Shown: one piece after another, positions 30,284 to 36,161 of the stretch
How positions within the stretch are numbered: the first letter of the stretch is position 1
Layout: the number at the start of each line of letters is the position of its first letter
Assembly: GCA_964354245.1 (NCBI GenBank)
Contig: CAYGZI010000001.1
Span: 1 to 36,161, forward strand
Origin: an uncultured Planctomycetaceae bacterium
GTDB taxonomy: Bacteria > Planctomycetota > Planctomycetia > Pirellulales > Thermoguttaceae
Direction of reading: 5' to 3'
Length of the DNA stretch: 36,161 nucleotides
Position numbers and translations under genes: made by a program
The notes under the pieces: model-generated
What the model was told of the DNA's origin: nothing
Seen by the model: the letters and a program-made list of their open reading frames with translations, nothing else
The model's database searches: none

Positions 30284-31776
30284 CAGCTCGCGGTGACGCT
30301 CAGCTCCAGATCACGGTCGACTTGATCGTGAGTCACGGCTTTCGTGCCCATTACCTTCTCTCTGTGCCTGCGGAACGCTTCCGAGGCCAAATAAGGAACG
30401 TGCGGCCGATGGCCTGAGCTGACGCTGTTGTCGTCCAGCTTGTAGGCCGCATTACCGACGTACTCATAGGCGAACTCATGGAGCTGGAGCAGCCTTTCGG
30501 TGGGAACGGCCGACAGGTTGCACCCGATCTCGTGATAGTACAGGAACTTGCTGAAATCCATGTAGTCGTGAACCTTGCCCATGCTCTTCGCAACGGCCCA
30601 GAGCGGACTGTCGGGATAGGGCACAAGGATCGAGAAGGCGTTTTCGTCCGCCCCGAGTTCCTTGGCGAACTCGATCGTCTCCATGATTTGCTCCTCGGTT
30701 TCATCGACCATGCCGAACACGTACGAGCAGCGGACCTTCCAGTCGTACTCTTGAAGCAGACGGACTTTTCGCCTCATGTGGTCCTTGGACTCCCGAGGGC
30801 CTTTTCCGATCGCTTTCATGATCGTCTCGTTGCCGGACTCAATCCCGGGGCCGACGTACCGCACCCCGCTCGCGAACATGGCGTCGCAGACCTCCCGGTC
30901 GATCTGGTCGAGACGGATCTGAACGCTGATGTTCAGCTTGACGCCCGTCTCGACGATCCGGCGGGAAAGCTCGAGCACTCTCTTCCTGTTGCTCGTGTAA
31001 CTGTCGTCCATGACGAAGAGATTGGGGATGCCCATCGCCTCGATTTCGTGAAGCTCTACAACGATGTTGTCGATGTCCCTCCACCGGACCAGCGTGCCTG
31101 CTGCTCCGCAGAATGCGCACTTACCCGGACAACCGCGGCTGAACATCGCCGCCGACTGCGGTGCGCGGACGTCCCTGGAGTAATCCATGTACTCCTGGTA
31201 TTCGAAGAGATGCCTGGCTGGAATGGGGCAACGGTTCAGGTCGATGGCCTTTGCCGTGGCGGCGGCCGATTGATGGAGTCTCAGCCTGTATCCCCTGGTC
31301 TGGCCGGAGTATCCGCCCCAGCGGTATGCAATTCCCGTGATATCGGCAGGGTCCTGTTTCTTCAGGACGTGATCCACAATCGCCACGACGGACTCTTCGG
31401 CCTCTCCGATGCAGACGAAATCGGCCTTCGAGGTGTCGAGCGTCGCCTGGGGCAAGGCGCTCACGTGCGGCCCCCCGAAAATGACCACGGTCGAGGGAGA
31501 GCGTTTCTTCACGAGCTCGATAATGGCAGTTGCCTGATGATACAGGGGCGTCGTGCAACCGATTCCCAGAAACTCCGGACGGTCGGCCAATGCCCGCTCC
31601 ACCGTTTCCTCCACGGTCAGATCATACAGGGCCGCGTCAGTCACTTTGACGTCATGCCCCGCGTTTTCAAGCGCCGCGGCAATATAGGCCAATCCTAGTG
31701 GCATGCGGCGGGTGCGGTAGTGCGCGAACTTATAGCACAACCCATCGCTCGGATAAACTAGACCTATTGTAGCCAT
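30283..31776 (-). CDS. B12-binding domain radical SAM protein (class B radical SAM, methylase-like)
   Basis: The N-terminal Rossmann-like B12-binding region is LAYIAAALENAGHDVKVTD..VVIFGGPHVSALP. The radical SAM cluster motif is CPGKCAFC (CX3CX2C). Start is ATG 31776 behind aaggaagg. GC samples are 52-56%, against about 74-75% in the flanking genes. Confidence 0.85.
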   Translation of the reverse strand: MATIGLVYPSDGLCYKFAHYRTRRMPLGLAYIAAALENAGHDVKVTDAALYDLTVEETVERALADRPEFLGIGCTTPLYHQATAIIELVKKRSPSTVVIFGGPHVSALPQATLDTSKADFVCIGEAEESVVAIVDHVLKKQDPADITGIAYRWGGYSGQTRGYRLRLHQSAAATAKAIDLNRCPIPARHLFEYQEYMDYSRDVRAPQSAAMFSRGCPGKCAFCGAAGTLVRWRDIDNIVVELHEIEAMGIPNLFVMDDSYTSNRKRVLELSRRIVETGVKLNISVQIRLDQIDREVCDAMFASGVRYVGPGIESGNETIMKAIGKGPRESKDHMRRKVRLLQEYDWKVRCSYVFGMVDETEEQIMETIEFAKELGADENAFSILVPYPDSPLWAVAKSMGKVHDYMDFSKFLYYHEIGCNLSAVPTERLLQLHEFAYEYVGNAAYKLDDNSVSSGHRPHVPYLASEAFRRHREKVMGTKAVTHDQVDRDLELSVTAS

Positions 31777-31876
31777 AACATTCCCTTCCTTTAGGGCTTG
31801 GTGTGCACCGTTATCCGATCTTCTCAACCGAAGCGTGACGCCCGCAGCCGGCCCCGGGCCGCGCGGGACGTTGCCC

Positions 31877-32083
31877 TCAGGCGGCCGCCCGGCTCAGCGT
31901 CGGCAGCGGGGCCCAGAGCGACTCCGCACGCCGCGTCAGCACCAGGTGGAACGACTGCGGGGCATTCGGCTCGCTCCGGATCCAGTCGTCGCGGAAGTAC
32001 CGCACCGCCGCGCCGTGATGGACAAAGCCGTTCCGCTCGCACAGTTTCAACCACCAGTCAGGACCCTCCACGGTCTGATGCAA
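31877..32083. repeat. Direct repeat copy B (207 bp), paralogous to 30026-30232
   Basis: See copy A. This copy is the intact 3' end of the methyltransferase gene. Confidence 0.85.
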
Positions 32084-32830
32084 GGCCACTCCGTTGACGA
32101 CGTCCGGCCTGGGAGACACCGACATCACCACGACCCCGTTGGGCTCCAGGTGGGCGTCGATGTTCTCCAGCACCCTCCCCAGCTTGTCGCGGTGGACGTG
32201 CTCGATGACCTCCCAGGCGGTGATGACGGTGAACCGCAAGGGGCGCGGCTCCTCGCCAAGGCGGCGCCCGGTCACCCTGAACGGCTCGGTGACGTCGGCC
32301 GTGAACAGGTAATCGGGGATCGTGGACCACTCGGCCCGGCCGCGGACCTTCGAGTAATCGCTCCCCTCGATCCCGACGGCCAGACAGCCCATCTGGAGGA
32401 CCGTACGCACGAACCCGCCGCCCGAGCACCCCAGGTCGAGCACCCGCAGGTCCGCGGGATCGATCCAGCGGGCCAGCTTGAGGTTGAAGGGGAGGTTGGT
32501 GCTGTTGTCCTGCTTGGTGCCCCAAGGCATGACGTGGTCGGGGCTGTCGTAGGCCACCGGTTTCTCGGTGTGTACGTCGATCTTCAGGCCATCGTAGCCC
32601 AGCCGGCCGAAGAGAGATCGGCCCACCAAGGCATACAGTTCGGCCAGCTCGCCCCCAGCGCCGTCCTCCGCAGAGCCGCGGACGTGGCGGAGCAGCTCGG
32701 CCGTCCGGTCGTTCAGGTGGGCTATCAGGTCGCCGGTCTGGTTGCTGATGTGGGCCATCAGCCGGTCGGCCACCTTCTCGCTGCCGGTGATCCTCCGCAC
32801 CGCGTGCAACAATTGCCCTTTCAAGGACAC
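31877..32830 (-). CDS. Class I SAM-dependent methyltransferase
   Basis: Motif I is RVLDLGCSGGGFVRTVLQMGCLAVGIEGSD. I prefer start GTG 32830 behind aaaaggagga with a 7-nt spacer; the ORF-track maximum is TTG 32860. Confidence 0.8.
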   Translation of the reverse strand: MSLKGQLLHAVRRITGSEKVADRLMAHISNQTGDLIAHLNDRTAELLRHVRGSAEDGAGGELAELYALVGRSLFGRLGYDGLKIDVHTEKPVAYDSPDHVMPWGTKQDNSTNLPFNLKLARWIDPADLRVLDLGCSGGGFVRTVLQMGCLAVGIEGSDYSKVRGRAEWSTIPDYLFTADVTEPFRVTGRRLGEEPRPLRFTVITAWEVIEHVHRDKLGRVLENIDAHLEPNGVVVMSVSPRPDVVNGVALHQTVEGPDWWLKLCERNGFVHHGAAVRYFRDDWIRSEPNAPQSFHLVLTRRAESLWAPLPTLSRAAA

Positions 32831-32864
32831 GGTTGGGTCCTCCTTTTCGGCTCGCAGCAACGAT

Positions 32865-32996
32865 TTACGGCTCGCAGTAATAAACCTTGTCCTCCACGGC
32901 GAAACGGTAGCCGTGCTCGCGAAGGTATGCGCAGAGCCGGTCGTGGTCGAACCGGCCCTCTCCGTCCACGTGGACCTCGATGACCAGCGCCGGCCG
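32865..32996 (-). pseudogene. 43-codon coding-like relic in frame behind the TGA of the upstream methyltransferase (FkbM-type C-terminus-like)
   Basis: Hand translation after TGA 32997-32999 gives RPALVIEVHVDGEGRFDHDRLCAYLREHGYRFAVEDKVYYCEP, then TAA at 32865-32867. Composition is protein-like. The pattern ..VIEVH..L..L...GY.F resembles FkbM methyltransferase C-termini. Confidence 0.35.
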
Positions 32997-33938
32997 TCAC
33001 TGGTGGGTAAACCATAGCGACCCGCCGTAGAAGAAGTTCTCCTGACCGCTCGGGAGGGTCACGATCGGCGGCGCGAGGGTCTGCGAAAGCTCCGCGTCGA
33101 TCTGCACGAAATGCGACGGCATTAAGACCCGCACCCGGTCCCTTGACGCCAAGAGGTACACGGCCAGCAAGTACTGCTCGTTCCAATACCAATAGCGGAA
33201 CATCTCGGGATAGTCGTTGGGCAGCGTGACGTCGTGGAGGTGGACGATCACGCCGGGTGCAAGCCGCGGGATCACGTCGAGCATCAGCACCGTCACGTCC
33301 GAGTTCATGAACGAGCGGTGGCTGCCGTCGATAAAGAGGATGTCCCCCGGCTGGAGCGTCTCGAAAATCCCCAGGTCCGCCTCCTCAAGGCCCCTGCGCA
33401 CGACCTCGTCGCAGATGCGGTCGATCGCCGCCCGGGGCTCCGGGTCGATCGAGACGATCCGCGTGGGCAGGCGGTGGTCGGAGATGGCGCGGCGGGCGAA
33501 GCAGGTGCTCACCCCCGAGCCGACCTCCAGGTACACCCGGGCTCGCGACCGGGCGACGAAGTAGTAGAGGATCGCCAGGTCCAGCGCGGTCATCGGCCCG
33601 CCGACCCAGCCCGGCTCGGGCGCGGTCTCCGAGGTGAATTGAGCCGGTATGGCGGCCAGCCAGGGGTGCAGGTCTCGGACGCCCCGGATCACCTCGCGGT
33701 AGTCGTTGTGGCGCTTGTCGAACAGGGCCACGAGGCCCGGATGCGAGGGGTGCGTGTGGCCCCACCGCGGTTGGAGCCTCCGCGACGGCGGGTAATCCAA
33801 CGGCATGAGGACCTGGGCCGTCGGGCCCCCTTCGAGCACGGGCATTCCCGAGAGCTTTTCGGCCGCCACTGCCCCATTTCCTCCAGGCCCGCTGCCGGGG
33901 GGCTTCCGCTTCCTGCGAACGAGTTCCATCAATCCCAT
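32997..33938 (-). CDS. Class I SAM-dependent methyltransferase (Methyltransf_24-like)
   Basis: VYLEVGSGVSTCFARRAI (motif I) and ILFIDGSHRSFMNSDV. Start is ATG 33938 behind gaggagg, which overlaps the upstream stop; the ORF-track maximum is TTG 33944. Confidence 0.7.
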   Translation of the reverse strand: MGLMELVRRKRKPPGSGPGGNGAVAAEKLSGMPVLEGGPTAQVLMPLDYPPSRRLQPRWGHTHPSHPGLVALFDKRHNDYREVIRGVRDLHPWLAAIPAQFTSETAPEPGWVGGPMTALDLAILYYFVARSRARVYLEVGSGVSTCFARRAISDHRLPTRIVSIDPEPRAAIDRICDEVVRRGLEEADLGIFETLQPGDILFIDGSHRSFMNSDVTVLMLDVIPRLAPGVIVHLHDVTLPNDYPEMFRYWYWNEQYLLAVYLLASRDRVRVLMPSHFVQIDAELSQTLAPPIVTLPSGQENFFYGGSLWFTHQ

Positions 33939-33950
33939 CGCCAAGCCTCC

Positions 33951-34901
33951 TCACGCCGCGCGGGCCGTGGCCGGCGCGGGCTGGACCGAGTCCCAGCCAA
34001 TCTCGTCCACCTCGCCCCAAACGTCCCAACTGGCGGTGAACAGCCGGGCGATCTCCGGCGGGAACAGGTCCAACAGGCCGGGCACCCAGCCCAACTTGTC
34101 CCCGTGCCCCTGGATCACCGGCGTGCTCCCGATGCTGACCCGCGGGATGCCGCTGGACTTCTTCTTCACCAGGACGCTGACCTGCCAATCGTAGCACTTG
34201 GCCCTGGCCTGGCGGCAGTCGAAGCCGGCCCCGATCAGGTTGTAGATCAGGTGCAGCGGCGTCCAGAGGTAGCAATGGCCGAGCATCAGGCGCGAAAGGG
34301 CCGAGGGGACGCTGATCGCCACAACCCCCCCCTCCTCGAGGTCATCGAAGAGCTTGTCCAGGAAGCGGCCGGGATAGCGCTGGTGCTCCAGGACGTGGCT
34401 GCACCAGATGGCGTCGAACTGCCGGCCGAAGTCGGCCTCCAGGTAGTCGCCCGAGTACTGGGCGTCGAACGAGCGATCGATCTCGATTGTCGTCACGTCC
34501 TTGCCGAGAAACTGGAAGATCCGGGCTGATGTCCCGTCCCGCGACCCGATATCCAGCACGCTGGAGAAGGGGTACTCCGCGATGAGCCTCGCCAGCGCCA
34601 AGTGCCCGTAATAGAGGGTATCCTCGAAAACGCGGCCCCCGGCTTCCACGCGGAATTGCGTATAGGGGTACTGCGGCGCCGGACGCACAAGCACCTCCAG
34701 GCCGCTGCCACGGCAATGGTAATGCCGCTCGTCGACCGGGACCGAGTTTTTCGCCTCGACCCGGTACACGTCCAGGTTGATGAGTCTTTTGCGGGCCAGC
34801 CTGGCGGTCGCCTGGACGGCTGATGCCCAAGAAAGCCGTTTTAGGAAACGCGCGGGGCGACCGCCAACCAGCGCGCCAGCGGCCCGCTTGAGGAGTGACA
34901 C
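33951..34901 (-). CDS. Class I SAM-dependent methyltransferase; first gene of the glycan operon
   Basis: SVLDIGSRDGTSARIFQFLGKDVTTIEID (motif I) and AIWCSHVLEHQRYPGRFLDKLFDDLEEGGVVAISVP. I prefer start GTG 34901 behind aaggagg with a 5-nt spacer. The 96-codon upstream extension runs through a hairpin repeat. Confidence 0.75.
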   Translation of the reverse strand: MSLLKRAAGALVGGRPARFLKRLSWASAVQATARLARKRLINLDVYRVEAKNSVPVDERHYHCRGSGLEVLVRPAPQYPYTQFRVEAGGRVFEDTLYYGHLALARLIAEYPFSSVLDIGSRDGTSARIFQFLGKDVTTIEIDRSFDAQYSGDYLEADFGRQFDAIWCSHVLEHQRYPGRFLDKLFDDLEEGGVVAISVPSALSRLMLGHCYLWTPLHLIYNLIGAGFDCRQARAKCYDWQVSVLVKKKSSGIPRVSIGSTPVIQGHGDKLGWVPGLLDLFPPEIARLFTASWDVWGEVDEIGWDSVQPAPATARAA

Positions 34902-34954
34902 GGGAACCTCCTTGTTCAGAACCGATTCCACCCTTGTGCGACGCCGGAAAAGGC

Positions 34955-34985
34955 GCCGGAAAAGGTGCCAGGCACCTTTTCCGGC
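34955..34985. repeat. Family A half-element: 15-bp perfect-stem palindrome in the divergent intergenic region
   Basis: gccggaaaaggtgcc-a-ggcaccttttccggc, preceded by a partial direct duplicate gccggaaaagg (34943-34953). It shares the ccggaaaagg..ccttttccgg ends with the copy at 7022-7102. Confidence 0.8.
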
Positions 34986-35318
34986 AACTGGGTCGTGCGG
35001 GCAGGCGGTCGCGCACTGCGGGGCCTGCCCGAAAGGGCCCGGCATCGGCTCGGGGGCACAAGATACCCGCCACCCGGAAACGGGACAAGAGCAAAACCAC
35101 GGGCCCCGCCGTCGGAAGGGTACATGCGGCGAGCAGACGACACCCGCGGCGGGGCCCGAGGGGAAGGAGCCCAATCCTGCGCCCGCCATTTCTCGTCTTG
35201 TCCCGGCCCCGCGAGACGCGTTATAACGGACGCCTCAACATCGGGGCGCATCCCATGGAGGGCCCGGGTGCCGCGCACCAGCCGCGCCGCACCCCGAACG
35301 CGCAAGGAGGACGCAGCC

Positions 35319-36161
35319 GTGGCCGAGCACATCCTGGTGACCGGGGGGGCCGGATACCTCGGGTCCATCATGGTGCCCATGCTTTTGGACCAGGGATTCG
35401 GCGTCACCGTCCTGGACAACTTCCGCTACGGACAGAATTCGCTCTTGGACTGCTGCGGGCGGCCCGGTTTCAGCGTCATCCGCGGCGACTGCCGCGACCG
35501 GGACACCCTGGCCCGGGGACTGGCCAAGGCCGACTGGGTTGTTCCCCTGGCGGCCGTGGTCGGTGCCCCGGCCTGCCAGAACGACGAGGTCGCTGCCCGG
35601 TCGGTCAACCTGGACGCCATCAAGCTCCTGGTCGAGATCCGTTCGCCGCGCCAGCGCATCGTCTATCCGACGACCAACAGCGGCTACGGCGTGGGCGAGC
35701 CGGGCAAGCACTGCACCGAGGAGACCCCGCTCCGCCCGATCTCGCTCTACGGCGTCACCAAGGTCGAGGCCGAGAAGGCCGTTCTGGACGCCGGCCAGGC
35801 GATCACCTTCCGGCTGGCCACCGTCTTCGGCATGTCGCCCCGCATGAGGATCGACCTGCTGGTCAACGACTTCGTCTACCGGGCCGTGACCGACCGCACC
35901 GTGGTCGTCTTCGAGGGGCACGCCAAGCGCAACTACATCCACCTCCGCGACGTGGCCCGGGCGTTCTTGCACGCCATCGCGCAGTTCGACCGCATGGAAG
36001 GCCAGCCGTACAACGTCGGGCTGAGCGACGCCAACCTCTCGAAGCTCGAGCTCTGCGCGGAGATCCAAAAACAGGTGCCCGGCTTCGTCTACCTGGAGGC
36101 CCCGGTCGGCGAGGACCCGGACAAACGCGACTACATCGTCTCCAACGAGAAGATCGAGCGG
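35319..36161 (+). CDS. NAD-dependent epimerase/dehydratase (extended SDR), 3' end outside window
   Basis: It is not in the ORF track because no stop falls within the window. Hand translation from GTG 35319, behind aaggagga, gives VAEHILVTGGAGYLGSIMVPMLLDQGFGVTVLDNF (GxxGxxG) and SLYGVTKVEAEK (YxxxK). The frame is open for 281 codons to the window end. Confidence 0.85.
   Translation, partial: MAEHILVTGGAGYLGSIMVPMLLDQGFGVTVLDNFRYGQNSLLDCCGRPGFSVIRGDCRDRDTLARGLAKADWVVPLAAVVGAPACQNDEVAARSVNLDAIKLLVEIRSPRQRIVYPTTNSGYGVGEPGKHCTEETPLRPISLYGVTKVEAEKAVLDAGQAITFRLATVFGMSPRMRIDLLVNDFVYRAVTDRTVVVFEGHAKRNYIHLRDVARAFLHAIAQFDRMEGQPYNVGLSDANLSKLELCAEIQKQVPGFVYLEAPVGEDPDKRDYIVSNEKIER

Noticed and set aside
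32997-32999. Selenocysteine or programmed readthrough at the in-frame TGA
   Set aside because: I could not identify a SECIS-like stem-loop immediately downstream. The upstream domain appears complete and the downstream peptide looks like a different methyltransferase family. The relic explanation is preferred, but the site is kept as a finding to be checked.
671-34985. Palindromic repeats as a CRISPR array
   Set aside because: The copies are scattered kilobases apart, mostly inside genes. They are not regularly spaced, differ in length, and no cas genes are present.
34902-35189. 96-codon N-terminal extension of the first operon methyltransferase
   Set aside because: It reads through the palindromic half-element and is Arg/Pro-rich. 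GTG 34901 has a consensus aaggagg RBS at a 5-nt spacing.
34986-35318. Cobalamin riboswitch upstream of the operon or epimerase, prompted by gcgcactgcgg resembling a B12 box
   Set aside because: Only a short partial match to the GCCACTG box was found. The other conserved cobalamin-riboswitch elements were not recognisable by eye. It needs an Infernal scan before any claim.
35235-36068. 277-aa ORF on the minus strand
   Set aside because: It is antisense to a + strand frame that reads as a clean SDR epimerase (TGGAGYLG, YGVTK) and is open to the window end. The + frame is missing from the ORF track only because it has no stop in the window.

Overview
High-GC segment; hand-counted samples give about 72-75% GC in most genes and 52-57% in a few islands. 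It looks like a Planctomycetota (Gemmatales-like) chromosome: a DUF1559 protein with a prepilin N-terminus, two ECF sigma factors, a giant polytopic Ser/Thr kinase, and many secreted hydrolases. No rRNA, tRNA, CRISPR array, transposase or phage genes were seen. All family calls come from motifs read by eye; no searches were run.

Layout:
- 1-3826 (+): the 3' part of a glycyl-radical enzyme, a SAM methyltransferase, and a DUF2442 gene coupled to a trypsin-like lipoprotein gene.
- 14837-3941 (-): a co-directional run of DUF885, ECF sigma, a 1090-aa Ser/Thr kinase, an S9 peptidase, and an ECF sigma with its zf-HC2 anti-sigma.
- 15260-19115 (+): DUF1559 and an 871-aa secreted protein.
- 19223-21342 (-): a Uma2 endonuclease and a CE15-like esterase.
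- 21469-23680 (+): HD protein, flavin reductase and a UROD-family protein.
- 34901-23677 (-): an 11-kb glycan operon with three SAM methyltransferases, a B12-binding radical SAM enzyme, a GT4+GT2 fusion, an ABC-2 permease and ATPase, and a GT4.
- 35319-36161 (+): a partial SDR epimerase, divergent from the operon.

Most notable observations:
1. Two families of palindromic repeats sit in frame inside at least six protein-coding genes. Their lengths are exact multiples of three and they contain no stops, which resembles Rickettsia palindromic elements.
2. The low-GC radical SAM gene in the glycan operon is bracketed by 207-bp direct repeats (about 89% identical). These repeats duplicate the 3' end of the upstream methyltransferase.
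3. The operon holds two gene relics, one of them directly behind an in-frame TGA.
4. An ECF sigma is paired with a kinase rather than an anti-sigma.
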